Below are positions 10,609 through 21,170 of a stretch of 64,000 nucleotides of DNA, in pieces. Numbering within the stretch: position 1 is the first letter of the stretch; each line of letters opens with the position of its first letter. A program made the position numbers and the translations under genes. Source of the stretch: Candidatus Poseidoniales archaeon (GTDB taxonomy: Archaea > Thermoplasmatota > Poseidoniia > Poseidoniales > Poseidoniaceae); NCBI GenBank assembly GCA_003602605.1, contig QQRW01000040.1:19283-83282 (forward strand). Reading direction: 5' to 3'. The notes under the pieces are model-generated. The model had not been told where the DNA came from. It did not search any database and worked only from the letters and a program-made list of their open reading frames with translations.

Positions 10609-10696
10609 TTGGTGATTGAAATTACCCCCTAAAACCACTGTTTGAGTGGTTCTCGGTGGCGGCACATTCAAGGGTGCTTGGGTGAGCATGACCTAC

Positions 10697-11827
10697 ATGC
10701 GACACTTGATTGACAGAGTATTGGAACTGACAGAATCAGAAATGGCAGCACCTGCCACCGTCGCTCCTCCCATGGGTGAAGGCAGTGAAGTCGAACTAAA
10801 GGCTCTGCTCGAATCGCTTCAGCCTCGTATCCGCGTGTATGGTGTGGGTGGGGCTGGATGCAACGCTATTGGACGGTTGCATGCAGAGGGTTTGTTCGAA
10901 AACTCCTACGTGACCGGATACGCAATCAACACCGATGCGCAAGCTCTCTTGATGTCACCGATCGAAGAGAAAATACTGATTGGACGCACTGCTCGTGGTA
11001 GAGGTGCGGGTGGAGACCCAACGAAAGGCGAAGCAGCCGCTCTTGAATCGGAGTTGGCACTTCGTCGAATCACTAACGATACTCAACTGGCAATAATCAC
11101 AGCTGGAATGGGCGGCGGTTCAGGAACCGGTGCGGCAGGGCAAATCGCTCGATTGGCAAAACAACAAGGAGCCATGACGATCGCTGTAGTGACCTATCCA
11201 TTCCAATCGGAGGGGGCTCTTCGAAAGCAAAATGCCGAGTGGGGCCTCGAGCGTCTCCGAGAACACTGTGATACAATACTCGTCATACCGAACGAAAGAC
11301 TACTTGAAATTGAAGGGGTTAAGGACTTGCCAATTACCAGTGCATTCCGAGTTGGAGATGAACTTCTTGTACGCTCGATTACCGGAGTTGCTGAATTGCT
11401 TACAATTGATGGCATGGTAAATCTCGATTTCGAAGATCTTCGCTCCGTCATCAACTTTGGCAGTGGTGTGGCCATGATTGGCCTCGGTTCTGCATCAGGC
11501 CCTGGGAGGGCAGAAGCCGCAACAATGGAAGCACTTCACTCTCCATTGCTTGATATCGATGCATCAGATGCAAGAGGCGCCCTCATCAACGTCGTCGGTG
11601 GAGCGAGTCTAACATTAGGAGAGGCTGAACAATGTGCAAAAATCATCAAAAGTAAAATCTCTCCACACGCTCAAATTATCTGGGGTGCTGCAGTCAAAGA
11701 AGAACTTGAAGATGAATTGCGCGTCATGCTCGTGCTGACCGGAGTTAAGAGCGAACAAATTCATGGTGCCAGTGAAAACAGACAATTGCGCGCTTTGCGC
11801 AACCAGCAAATTGAATTCGTCAACTGA
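10697..11827 (+). CDS. ftsZ: Cell division GTPase FtsZ (FtsZ1-like, divergent)
   Basis: [46 protein letters not shown]; archaeal FtsZ1-type N-terminus and IEFVN tail; start 10688 or 10697. Confidence 0.92.
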   Translation: MRHLIDRVLELTESEMAAPATVAPPMGEGSEVELKALLESLQPRIRVYGVGGAGCNAIGRLHAEGLFENSYVTGYAINTDAQALLMSPIEEKILIGRTARGRGAGGDPTKGEAAALESELALRRITNDTQLAIITAGMGGGSGTGAAGQIARLAKQQGAMTIAVVTYPFQSEGALRKQNAEWGLERLREHCDTILVIPNERLLEIEGVKDLPITSAFRVGDELLVRSITGVAELLTIDGMVNLDFEDLRSVINFGSGVAMIGLGSASGPGRAEAATMEALHSPLLDIDASDARGALINVVGGASLTLGEAEQCAKIIKSKISPHAQIIWGAAVKEELEDELRVMLVLTGVKSEQIHGASENRQLRALRNQQIEFVN

Positions 11828-12445
11828 TTACTTTATCGCGAAGTACAAGAACACGAGTAAGGCGGCAAGTCCACCGTACAAGATACCGTACTGCGTGTCG
11901 TCGAACTCCTTTGTAAGGTCAGGCTGATCGACGGGGCCCTCATGTTGTGTTCCAGGTAAAACCGTGCCATATGAATTCCACATATCTCCTTCAGAATTTC
12001 CGTTGCCATTGACTGCATTTCCGTGCAGAACAAAGTCCACGGTTGTCGTGTTGTCACTCGGCGCAGTCCAAGTCAAATTCCAACTGCGATATTGGTTTCC
12101 AGTTTCCGTATGGGTCCAGCCGTCATCGAGGAATTGGACTCGAGATTGGTTTTGAATCTCTATGGTACCATCGCTTATCAGAAATCGGAATCCGCCCTGT
12201 GCTGATTCAGAATGTTGTCCGGAATCTGCCTCAACACTCAATGTCAAATCATATGTAGCGTTGCTTTCAAACTCCGCAGGAAGCCCGAAAATGATGGGTT
12301 GGGTTGTGTTTGAATATCCTCCGTGGCATGCGCAACCGTTATCGGCTAAACTTCCAATTCCTGCGGGGGCACTCTGTATAGATGGAGAGCCAAGTGCAAC
12401 TACCAACACCAGCAGAGAAAATACGTACAGACCACTGAACCTCAT
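11828..12445 (-). CDS. Secreted, membrane-anchored Reeler-like (choice-of-anchor V-like) protein with CxCH motif
   Basis: Signal peptide, NGCACHGG, YDLTLSV, GGF, WTHT, WNLTWTAP, GNAVNGNG, C-terminal TM. Confidence 0.7.
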   Translation of the reverse strand: MRFSGLYVFSLLVLVVALGSPSIQSAPAGIGSLADNGCACHGGYSNTTQPIIFGLPAEFESNATYDLTLSVEADSGQHSESAQGGFRFLISDGTIEIQNQSRVQFLDDGWTHTETGNQYRSWNLTWTAPSDNTTTVDFVLHGNAVNGNGNSEGDMWNSYGTVLPGTQHEGPVDQPDLTKEFDDTQYGILYGGLAALLVFLYFAIK

Positions 12446-12604
12446 TTGACTTCAGTAACTACTGTCCGTGCGCCTCATATGACTCTTTCCAAATACATAC
12501 CCTTCTTACTTGATAATCTATCGCCAAAATGTGCGCTTGGATATCGCCACGAAAAAACATTCTTTCATGTAGTAGAAGGCGGATTTTGAAACGGAAGTGA
12601 AAGG

Positions 12605-13270
12605 ATGGGACCTTGGGATACTGCACCAGTTGTTCAGGAAGAAGATGAAGAAATCGATATATTTGCAGTACTTGGTGCGACTCCTCCGAATCGTACCGTA
12701 CCTCATACCGTCAATCAGCCGCCGCAGAGCAACTTCAATCACGACCCATTAGCCGCTTTCATGGATGATGACGAAGAAGAAACTCTTGTTGCCGACTCAC
12801 TGTTTGGGCTTGAAGAGGGGGCTGCGGGAATGCCCGGGCTCACCCCTGAAAACGCCCCAATGAATGAGCCCATTCAGAGTGACCCAGTATCCCAACACTC
12901 TCTATCCAACGAAGTAATTACCGAACTGCTCGAAGTTCTCGTCAAGAAAGAACTTCATGCACGAGCCGAACGGGGAGACAACTGGTTGGCCAACTTACCA
13001 GCAGAAGCACGAGCCGAGATTGAAACTGCCAAGGTGATTAAGGAAAAAGAAGCATACCACCTCTCGCTCATCATCGACATGGTCGGGGCGGGACAAGTAC
13101 GACCGTTTGCGACAGTACTTTCCACCGGAGATGGTGCACTACCGGTTAACCCACCTTCACACCTTGCCAAATCATGGTACCCGCTCTATGACGCACTGCG
13201 TGAACTTCTCATGCAGGCAATGAACTCATTATCAAAACTAAACATCGTTACGGGTAAAGCAAGCGCTTAA
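12605..13270 (+). CDS. Hypothetical protein with acidic low-complexity N-terminus
   Basis: 221-aa ORF with ATG start; converges on the OsmC gene with 4-bp overlap. Confidence 0.6.
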   Translation: MGPWDTAPVVQEEDEEIDIFAVLGATPPNRTVPHTVNQPPQSNFNHDPLAAFMDDDEEETLVADSLFGLEEGAAGMPGLTPENAPMNEPIQSDPVSQHSLSNEVITELLEVLVKKELHARAERGDNWLANLPAEARAEIETAKVIKEKEAYHLSLIIDMVGAGQVRPFATVLSTGDGALPVNPPSHLAKSWYPLYDALRELLMQAMNSLSKLNIVTGKASA

Positions 13271-13650
13271 TCTTCGTGAAGTACGACGGTTGATGTGATA
13301 TCAACTTCAGTTAACATGTTGGAAACACTGCAGTACTTCTCGTGGCTTTTCTCCACAAGTCGTTCGACTAATTTTCGAGGAACATCTCCCTTCACATGGT
13401 ATTCGAGTTGAATAGATGTAAATACGCGCGGAGCGGATTCAGCTCTTGTACTGTCGATTTCGACCCAGACTTCGCTGAACGCTCTATCCTTGAGCCCACC
13501 AATGACATCGACAACAGAACAAGCCGCAACCATCTGCAGCGTGATTTGCATAGGTGTAGGCCCATTTTCCCAATCAATGTTTAGGCTTTGCTGATTTGAA
13601 TTGATGCACTTTAATCCGTACTCTCCGGTCCACTCGACACGTCCCTGCAT
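13267..13650 (-). CDS. OsmC/YhfA family protein
   Basis: GPTPMQ, AACSVVDV, RAESAPRVFTSI, EKYCSVS. Confidence 0.88.
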   Translation of the reverse strand: MQGRVEWTGEYGLKCINSNQQSLNIDWENGPTPMQITLQMVAACSVVDVIGGLKDRAFSEVWVEIDSTRAESAPRVFTSIQLEYHVKGDVPRKLVERLVEKSHEKYCSVSNMLTEVDITSTVVLHED

Positions 13651-13708
13651 GGAGGTCCGTGGGGCGGTTCATTCTTGAAGGGGATGCATGTGGGACAGAA
13701 TGATTGAC

Positions 13709-14935
13709 ATGGCAGGAACACCGGTAACAATGATGGATGGTAAACTCAGCATTCCAAATGACCCAATTATTCACTACATCGAAGGAGATGGCATTGGTAT
13801 CGACATTACCCCTGTCATGATGAAAGTTGTTGATGCCGCTGTTTCAAAGTCTTACAACGGTGAAAAGAGCATCGTATGGTCCGAAGTTCTCGCTGGTGAA
13901 AAAGCATTCAACGCTACTGGAGAATGGTTGCCACAAGCAACACTCGATGCTATGCGTACTGGCCTTGTTTCCATCAAAGGCCCGTTAACAACACCGGTTG
14001 GTGGAGGGATCCGCTCCCTCAACGTCGCACTTCGACAAAAACTCGATCTTTACGCATGCGTTCGCCCAGTACGATGGTACGACGGCACTCCGTCCCCAGT
14101 CAAATCGCCTGGCGATGTTGACATGATTATTTTCAGAGAAAACAGCGAAGATGTGTACGCCGGTATCGAATGGGAAGCCGGAAGCGACGGTGTCAAGAAA
14201 CTCATTGACTTTTTACAAAACGAAATGGGTGTTGACAAAATTCGATTCCCAAACACTTCCGGAATTGGAATTAAGCCAATTTCGCAAGAAGGAACTGCAC
14301 GTATTGTTCGTGCAGCATTCCAATATGCGATTGATAACGATAAAGAGAGCGTTACCCTTGTCCACAAGGGCAACATCATGAAGTTCACAGAAGGTGGGTT
14401 CCGTGATTGGGGATATTCTCTAGCCAAGGAAGAATTCGGTGCTGTAGAACTCGACGGGGGGCCATGGTGTACTTTTGAGAATCCAAACAACGGAAAAACA
14501 ATCCTCGTCAAAGATGTTATTGCGGATGCTATGCTCCAACAAATCATTACCCGTCCTGCTGAATATTCAGTGTTGACTACCATGAACCTCAACGGCGATT
14601 ACATTTCAGACGCCCTGGCTGCACAAGTTGGTGGAATTGGAATCGCTCCAGGCGCCAATATCAACTATGATACTGGCATTTCAATCTTTGAAGCAACACA
14701 CGGCACTGCTCCAAAGTACACCGGACAAGACAAAGTGAACCCAGGTTCACTTATTCTCTCCGCAGAAATGATGCTACGACATATGGGTTGGAGCGAGGCT
14801 GCTGACCTCATAGTCAAAGGAATGGAAGGAGCAATTTCTGCTAAAACTGTAACCTACGATTTTGAGCGTCTAATGGACGATGCAACACTACTCTCCTGCA
14901 GTGCCTTTGGCGATGCAATGATTTCGCACATGTGA
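13709..14935 (+). CDS. icd: NADP-dependent isocitrate dehydrogenase (E. coli-type dimeric)
   Basis: [73 protein letters not shown]. Confidence 0.97.
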   Translation: MAGTPVTMMDGKLSIPNDPIIHYIEGDGIGIDITPVMMKVVDAAVSKSYNGEKSIVWSEVLAGEKAFNATGEWLPQATLDAMRTGLVSIKGPLTTPVGGGIRSLNVALRQKLDLYACVRPVRWYDGTPSPVKSPGDVDMIIFRENSEDVYAGIEWEAGSDGVKKLIDFLQNEMGVDKIRFPNTSGIGIKPISQEGTARIVRAAFQYAIDNDKESVTLVHKGNIMKFTEGGFRDWGYSLAKEEFGAVELDGGPWCTFENPNNGKTILVKDVIADAMLQQIITRPAEYSVLTTMNLNGDYISDALAAQVGGIGIAPGANINYDTGISIFEATHGTAPKYTGQDKVNPGSLILSAEMMLRHMGWSEAADLIVKGMEGAISAKTVTYDFERLMDDATLLSCSAFGDAMISHM

Positions 14936-14938
14936 GGC

Positions 14939-17900
14939 TCACTTGAGCCAAGCGTTCAGAGAACGACTGTTCTTCGCAATTCCGAAGCCGAATTGCTCTT
15001 CGAAAGCTCGTGCAACGAGAGTAAAGTCACCGTCTCGTGTCGCCACCAAAACAGTTCCAAGATCTTGCAGTGATTGAGTTGCCAATTGTGAAGCAATCTG
15101 CATGATTACCCGGTCAGGTGCTTCTGGATACACGTCTCGGCCATCGAGGACGGTACGGAGAGGTTCCCCCCGTGTACGCTTCATTGCAGTAATCTCTTCG
15201 TATATTTCTGTAGAATCACGCAAGAACTGTTCGATTGCTTCAACATTTTCGGTAGACTCGGCTTCTTTCTCTAAATCAAGATTGAGAGGTCGCCAAGTGT
15301 TGTAGTCCTTGAGAACATCCTCAACTAAAGAATCAATGGTTTTGGCACTGAAAATGTTGTCGAGTAATTCGGGAGATACGAGTGAATCATCGAATCGAGC
15401 CTTGAGATGCTGAATGCCTGAGGCAATTCCACGCAACTCTTGCTTGACGACGGAGGGCAACCACAAATGCAGTTTCTTATCCTTTGATTTACTCAACAGA
15501 ATTTTGTGGAAACTCCCCTGACCACGCACATCAAGACTTGCTTCACTTACCAGGTGTAGTTTCTCAGAAATGCGGTCAATCAATGCGTCGACGAGAATGT
15601 TCGTGTCAACGAGAACCAACGGAGCCAGTGAAAGATTGCGAAGGTAACGACGTGATGCATTCGGTATCAGTGCCTTGTTTATTGAAAACAATGATTTCTC
15701 AGCCTGTTGGAGCCTGCGGATTTCCGAATCTGTGAACAGTGAGCTGTTTTGAGCACGCTCAAGGAACATCAATCCATCAACCGGCCGTATCTTCGCCGCT
15801 TCACTTGCCAAGGTGTAGACTTCATCAGCAGATGGAGAGCCACCATGCATCAATTGATTGAACCGGACATCGAATGTGTTCTTTTGGCGGCGACGGTTCT
15901 TGTGAAGTGAATTGGTTGCTGCGGTAACACGGCCGCAAAACGGATCGGTTGGAAGCGGTCGAGGATGTTCAAGCGGGTATGTTTTCAGCATATCCAAATC
16001 GTCTTCAGCGTGGTACACGCGTAGCACTTGCACCATTTCACCTTCTTCGTTTTCTTCAGTAACCATGCGAGAACGCTTGACGAAATCCTTGAGGAGTTTC
16101 GTTGCCGAATTAGTATCTTTAGATTTAGCAGTATACGATACTCGTAAATACAGCTGGAATCGTTGGGTAATGGCGCTCTTCAATGCTGGTTGAGCATCGA
16201 GTAATTCAACGGCCTCACGCCATTGTTCCGCAAACGCAAGGTGAATCAGAGCCTTACGATAGAGTGTAAGGGAGTGTTCGTAATCAAAGTCCTCATGATC
16301 GCCGGCTTTTCTGTAATCTCTTGCAGCGTTCAATTCTTCATTGTTCGAAGCGTAAACTGCTGCACGAGCAAGGGTGTGCCACGGGGAAAGAGCATCATTA
16401 TGCTGATACCATCGGACAAGGGATGGGAGACCAATGTCGTGTTCGAATACCAAATGACGCACGCTGTGAATCATTCCAGTAGGTATGGATGGTTCGCTTA
16501 ATAGCGCGTTAAGCGTCTCGATGTTTTCAGAATTGGAATTACCGTGTTGAAGCATCAATCCAACATAATTGAGACGCAGTGTAGAGATTACTGCATTGAA
16601 CAAAATTCGTTCCATGACTGTCAAATCTGCTGCAAGAACACTCTGTTCGAGGTTCGAAAGATGGGTCGAGGAAGCTATTCCGCTGCCGCCATCTCGCAAC
16701 GCTTGACGAATAGGTCCGAAAGCACGTAGGCCTTGGCGGTCAAGTACCGTCGTGAGCCGCTCATCTTCGATGTTTTCACCTTCAAACAGCATCAACAATG
16801 CTTCAGAAGTTGAGGAAAAGGATTCGGGTGCATCAATACTGTGAATTTGAGAAAGTGCGGTTCGACGTGCCGCACGAACTTGCATCCAAAGTTCACTGTC
16901 GCTACCAGCATCAAGAAGGTGCGATACAAGGAGCGTTTCGTATGGGTGAGACATTGGAATAAGGTCATCCGAGGTAATAATTTGAGCAAGGAGTGATAAT
17001 TCCATGCTTTGAGTATAGATGTCGATGAGGAGAGGAAGCACTTTTTCATGCGCTTCAACTGATTCTGCTTTGAGATTCTTAGCGGATACAGAACGTATCT
17101 CGAGTGACAATGAGTCCATTTGTATGAGAGCAACCAAGGCACCGTCATCCAACACAGGTATCTGCTCTAACAACCACTGGTCGAGTTTCTCACTGGATAA
17201 GTCGGCCAAAAGAGGTGTAATTCGGGATAATTCGGTGTGCTGATCGAGTTTCAAACTGGTGAGCAACTGAACGGTTTCTTCAGTCTTTCCTTCCTTGTGA
17301 AGCGCGTTCAATCTCCACCACATTACCTTCTCAATTTGTGAAGCATTGGTGGTTTTCTCACGAAGAAGTTCTAATCCTTCAGTGAGTTGTTTCGAGGATA
17401 ATTTAGCTGCTTCATCGGGAGCGTTTTCCCAAGCCATAAGTTTTCGAATTGCAGCAAGGGAATGTCCTCCTTTGGCTGCTTTCGATTTCTTCCAGTCTGT
17501 TACATTCCCCTGGCTGAGGGCATAAAAGTCAGAAAGTTGTGAAGCCAACTCCTCGTCAACGGAACTAAGCGTTTTCAGTGGCACGGCAGGATCATTGCCA
17601 GATATCAGAGAAAGTAGCACGCTTAAGGCAGAGGCTTGGCCTTCCATACTCAACAATACTTTGGCTGGTTGTACTGAGCGCCCGGCTGAGAGTTGTGAAA
17701 CGACCGTTCGTAGGGCAACTTGTGATTCAGCATCGGTGATTGAAGGAGATATTGCCTCAATGGCAAGAATCAACTCTTCTGAATTGGCAGGATTGATAAA
17801 AGCCGAATCGAGTTTTACTTTCTTGCCAGCTTTTGATTTGGAAACTTTGGCCTTCGGGAAAGCAGCAAACTGAGCGAGAACTGCAGTTCGTTGAGCCAAA

Positions 17901-18340
17901 TCATGCCAGACAGGATGAACGCCCTTTTCGAGGCATGTTTCACGAAGTGATTTTTCAGTGACTTCCCATTCTTCATCCCATTCCTCCTTGTTGAGAAGTT
18001 TGTGAACCATCAATACGGCCAAGCGGTACGCGGGGGAAGAATCTGACGGCAGAAGCATTTCTTGTGCAGTTGGAAGCAAGTCCATCGGCCCCGTAGCGCC
18101 TCTTCCGCCCCGTCGACTTCGCCCACGTCCACCCTGCGTTCGACGGCGAGGTGTTGATTCAGAGTCTTCATCAGCTGCGGGCAGCTCTGTTTCAGCCAGT
18201 GCAAGAAGGAGAAGCGGTCGCCATGGTTTCTCAAGCAGTTGCCAGTCCGGTAACTTGACCACAATCGCTTGGCGGCGATTTTTCGTGATGTTCGTCTTGA
18301 ACGCTTCTTTGAGGCAGTTTGCTATGTACGTCTCTTGCAA
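14939..18340 (-). CDS. Large helical-repeat protein with C-terminal PIN ribonuclease domain (1133 aa)
   Basis: PIN motifs LVLVDTNILVD, VKQELR, APDRVIM and VATRDGDF; N-terminal RG-rich tract; TPR-like segments; TTG start after a G-rich SD-like run. Confidence 0.78.
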   Translation of the reverse strand: MQETYIANCLKEAFKTNITKNRRQAIVVKLPDWQLLEKPWRPLLLLALAETELPAADEDSESTPRRRTQGGRGRSRRGGRGATGPMDLLPTAQEMLLPSDSSPAYRLAVLMVHKLLNKEEWDEEWEVTEKSLRETCLEKGVHPVWHDLAQRTAVLAQFAAFPKAKVSKSKAGKKVKLDSAFINPANSEELILAIEAISPSITDAESQVALRTVVSQLSAGRSVQPAKVLLSMEGQASALSVLLSLISGNDPAVPLKTLSSVDEELASQLSDFYALSQGNVTDWKKSKAAKGGHSLAAIRKLMAWENAPDEAAKLSSKQLTEGLELLREKTTNASQIEKVMWWRLNALHKEGKTEETVQLLTSLKLDQHTELSRITPLLADLSSEKLDQWLLEQIPVLDDGALVALIQMDSLSLEIRSVSAKNLKAESVEAHEKVLPLLIDIYTQSMELSLLAQIITSDDLIPMSHPYETLLVSHLLDAGSDSELWMQVRAARRTALSQIHSIDAPESFSSTSEALLMLFEGENIEDERLTTVLDRQGLRAFGPIRQALRDGGSGIASSTHLSNLEQSVLAADLTVMERILFNAVISTLRLNYVGLMLQHGNSNSENIETLNALLSEPSIPTGMIHSVRHLVFEHDIGLPSLVRWYQHNDALSPWHTLARAAVYASNNEELNAARDYRKAGDHEDFDYEHSLTLYRKALIHLAFAEQWREAVELLDAQPALKSAITQRFQLYLRVSYTAKSKDTNSATKLLKDFVKRSRMVTEENEEGEMVQVLRVYHAEDDLDMLKTYPLEHPRPLPTDPFCGRVTAATNSLHKNRRRQKNTFDVRFNQLMHGGSPSADEVYTLASEAAKIRPVDGLMFLERAQNSSLFTDSEIRRLQQAEKSLFSINKALIPNASRRYLRNLSLAPLVLVDTNILVDALIDRISEKLHLVSEASLDVRGQGSFHKILLSKSKDKKLHLWLPSVVKQELRGIASGIQHLKARFDDSLVSPELLDNIFSAKTIDSLVEDVLKDYNTWRPLNLDLEKEAESTENVEAIEQFLRDSTEIYEEITAMKRTRGEPLRTVLDGRDVYPEAPDRVIMQIASQLATQSLQDLGTVLVATRDGDFTLVARAFEEQFGFGIAKNSRSLNAWLK

Positions 18341-18482
18341 AATAACCCCCCCTGCCCTCTTGGCTCCACCTACCCGCCTTCAACCCACCGGCATGGCCTT
18401 CATGAAATCAACCGACAAATAAAGAGGCAAATATCTGCGAACAACAATGAACAAAGAACGTTTGGCATGGAATGGGAGCGAA

Positions 18483-18950
18483 ATGGATCCGGTTCGAGTA
18501 GTAATTTTGCTCCTTCATCCACTTCTCGCATCTGGGCTACTGGTATGGATTTGGTGGCAGTATTCTTGGCGAAAAAAAAGCCACGAACTCAAAGGTGAAC
18601 TACGAAAAACTGCTCTTGCAAACCATGAACGAAATGGAAACCGGCTTGTTTGGGCAACATTTGTTGTCATTTGCATCGCATTCATCAGCCGGGGCATTAC
18701 CGCTTGGCGTGATGGAGAAGATGTGTTAACATCACTCGTACCAGGAAGTCTTCATGGGTTCATGGGCCCGGTCGGATTCGTGCTTCTGTTCATACTGGCT
18801 CGTATGGGGCGACAGGCTCGAGATGCCCGGAAAGAAGGAAAGAAGTTCAAGCACATAGCAATGCGTCATGGTAGAGCGGCTGATCTCGTGGTCGTTCTCG
18901 TTTTCTTGCATGCTTTTTTGGGATTTTTGTATATTTTTGCGATACTGTAA
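18483..18950 (+). CDS. Membrane protein, DUF4079-like, with His-bearing TM helices
   Basis: LLHPLLA, HERNG, SLHGFMG, RHGRAA, LHAFLG; four hydrophobic segments. Confidence 0.65.
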   Translation: MDPVRVVILLLHPLLASGLLVWIWWQYSWRKKSHELKGELRKTALANHERNGNRLVWATFVVICIAFISRGITAWRDGEDVLTSLVPGSLHGFMGPVGFVLLFILARMGRQARDARKEGKKFKHIAMRHGRAADLVVVLVFLHAFLGFLYIFAIL

Positions 18951-18951
18951 G

Positions 18952-19950
18952 TCATTCAATAGCAAGAACAACACTTCGATTTTTCCACGCCTCAATCCAC
19001 AATTCGAGATTTGATTCGACTCCTGGTGGCTGGATCCGACATCCACAAGCATTGGCATGACCGCCCCCAGTCGGATCAAACATCGTCGCTAAGCGAGACA
19101 AATCAAATCTATTCTGCCCGTTTTCGAGAAATGAATTTGCGTAGAAACTAGCGGAGAGTGCTGGACGTTCAGGTGTTTCAATCGAGCCGTCCGCATAGCC
19201 ATGAATAATGCAGCACGCATCTGCCCTGTCTCCCGCCCACGCAGTAACCAGATATCCATTAGAGCGAACTCCTTTCTCATCCATACGGCAGATAGCTAGA
19301 CGATCAATAATTTCGGTATGTTGCTCGACGACTGCTTGTGCAGCTATGCGTTCATCACGTGCTCGTTTGATGTGCGGTATGATGTCTTTATCGGCCAGAA
19401 CTTCTGATAACAATGCGCCCTGGGAAAAGAGGTTGAGCACATGATGCATGTGTTCTGTTTCACGTAAAGAAAGTGAACGCGCAAGTTGCAGTACCGGTCC
19501 GTCTTGAATAAAATCTTCTCTTCGTATTTGACCCGAGTCAAGTGCATCAACGATGGGCATTATTTCTTCAAGGTGTGTCAAGTCGATATAGGGGCTCAAT
19601 ACATCAAATGCTAACCTTGCAGCTGAAGGCGTCGATTCCCAGTGACAGGTTCCGCCTTGTGAAATGAAGAGTTTCTCCTCCTCTTCATTGGGGCGGTTGG
19701 TTTGATGGTGGTCGAGATACCAACCACAATCCGGGTGAAATGGCAAGTCAACCATCGCAGTAGAACGGTCGATCAATTCATCCAAAGCACCGGAACGAAC
19801 GAGCGCCGCATGTGCGAAATGGACCTCTGCATCTGGATTCGCAGCCTTGAGTACTGCTGCTGCACATAAGCCGTCAAGGTCGGAGTCTGCGATTATTCGC
19901 TCGAAATCAGGAAGACCTGCTTTTTCTAACGGCGATGGAGGTTGAGGCAT
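18952..19950 (-). CDS. DHH/DHHA1 family phosphoesterase
   Basis: DSDLDG, VDLP, LDHH, PSAARL and GGGHANACG motifs. Confidence 0.88.
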   Translation of the reverse strand: MPQPPSPLEKAGLPDFERIIADSDLDGLCAAAVLKAANPDAEVHFAHAALVRSGALDELIDRSTAMVDLPFHPDCGWYLDHHQTNRPNEEEEKLFISQGGTCHWESTPSAARLAFDVLSPYIDLTHLEEIMPIVDALDSGQIRREDFIQDGPVLQLARSLSLRETEHMHHVLNLFSQGALLSEVLADKDIIPHIKRARDERIAAQAVVEQHTEIIDRLAICRMDEKGVRSNGYLVTAWAGDRADACCIIHGYADGSIETPERPALSASFYANSFLENGQNRFDLSRLATMFDPTGGGHANACGCRIQPPGVESNLELWIEAWKNRSVVLAIE

Positions 19951-20038
19951 AACGACATGCGTGTGCACGCTGCTCAAGAAGGTTATCGGAAACCATTTCG
20001 CCAAAATTGACTTGACCTATCGTCTATCTGCTCTGTCC

Positions 20039-20449
20039 ATGGAGACCTCGTGTGGCGTTGTTTTAGTCAACTACGGAACTGTACTTCTGCTCCAGTATCC
20101 TCAAGGGCACTGGGATTTCCCAAAAGGTCACGTCGAAGAGACTGATGAAGATCATTTTTCAACCGCGCGCCGTGAACTAAGTGAAGAAACCGGCATATCC
20201 GAAATAGAATTCATACCTGATTTTGTCGAAAGAAGCGAATACTCATATCGACATAAAGGGAAGAAGCGCACCAAGCAAGTGTACTGGTATCTTGCTGAGA
20301 CCGAGCGCATCAGCGTATCACTCTCTCACGAGCACCGCGGCCACATGTGGTTAGACTGGGAACAAGCAATGGATCAATTGTCTCATCAAGAAACCAAGCG
20401 AGTTCTGAAAAAGGCGCATGAGCACATGAGTTTAATCGGGAAAGAATAA
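20039..20449 (+). CDS. Nudix hydrolase (Ap4A hydrolase-like)
   Basis: GHWDFPKGHVE...TARRELSEETGI Nudix box; KQVYWYLAE; LSHEH. Confidence 0.9.
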   Translation: METSCGVVLVNYGTVLLLQYPQGHWDFPKGHVEETDEDHFSTARRELSEETGISEIEFIPDFVERSEYSYRHKGKKRTKQVYWYLAETERISVSLSHEHRGHMWLDWEQAMDQLSHQETKRVLKKAHEHMSLIGKE

Positions 20450-20450
20450 C

Positions 20451-21146
20451 TCACAAGTTGTCGAAATCATCATCGCTTCTGCTCAATTTACGAATCAAGT
20501 CTGCAACGCCGTTCTCTGGCCCCCGGCGACCCAGAGGCATCCAAAGCGACTCGTTGTTACCGAGACCAAGGCAAACCCATCGTCCAAGTACAAACAGCCA
20601 ATCAGAAAGTCGATTGATGTAAACCAGAACAAGAGGGCGGACTGATCCTTCACCTTCAGCTTCGCTCAATCTCAAAACCGTTCTCTCAAGACGTCTTGTC
20701 ACAGTACGGGTAAGGTGCATAACCGCTTCTGGACCGTTACCGGATGGTAAAATAAAACTCGTCAGTGGTTCGAGTTGTTCAAGCCAAGCATCCATTTCTT
20801 CAACCAATACATCGGCCTGTTTATCGCTCAAAACAGCCATTCCTTCCGGCAACTGTTCCGGAGGACAGGCGAGTTCAGCACCGAGGTCAAACAACTCGTT
20901 TTGCACCCTCGGAAGAACTTGAGTAACAATACTTTGCACCCGCTGAACGGTTGAACGGCTTCCACCGTCTTCGTGTGAGGGAAGACGTTGTATCTCCATT
21001 AGACACATTCCAAACAAGGCGTTCAATTCATCGCAAGTCCCAACCGCTTCAATCCGGGGGTCGGCCTTTGAGCGGCGTGAGCCGTCAACCAATGAAGTGT
21101 TTCCTTCATCCCCCGTGCCGGTGTAAACGCGTGTAATACGAACCAT
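20451..21146 (-). CDS. pduO: PduO-type ATP:cob(I)alamin adenosyltransferase
   Basis: RVYTGTGDEGNTSL, GTCDELN, QNELFDLGAELA, FILPSG, RTVTRRLER, YINRLSDWLF. Confidence 0.93.
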   Translation of the reverse strand: MVRITRVYTGTGDEGNTSLVDGSRRSKADPRIEAVGTCDELNALFGMCLMEIQRLPSHEDGGSRSTVQRVQSIVTQVLPRVQNELFDLGAELACPPEQLPEGMAVLSDKQADVLVEEMDAWLEQLEPLTSFILPSGNGPEAVMHLTRTVTRRLERTVLRLSEAEGEGSVRPLVLVYINRLSDWLFVLGRWVCLGLGNNESLWMPLGRRGPENGVADLIRKLSRSDDDFDNL

Positions 21147-21170
21147 GAGTCTGCCTCAAACCACCGGAAG

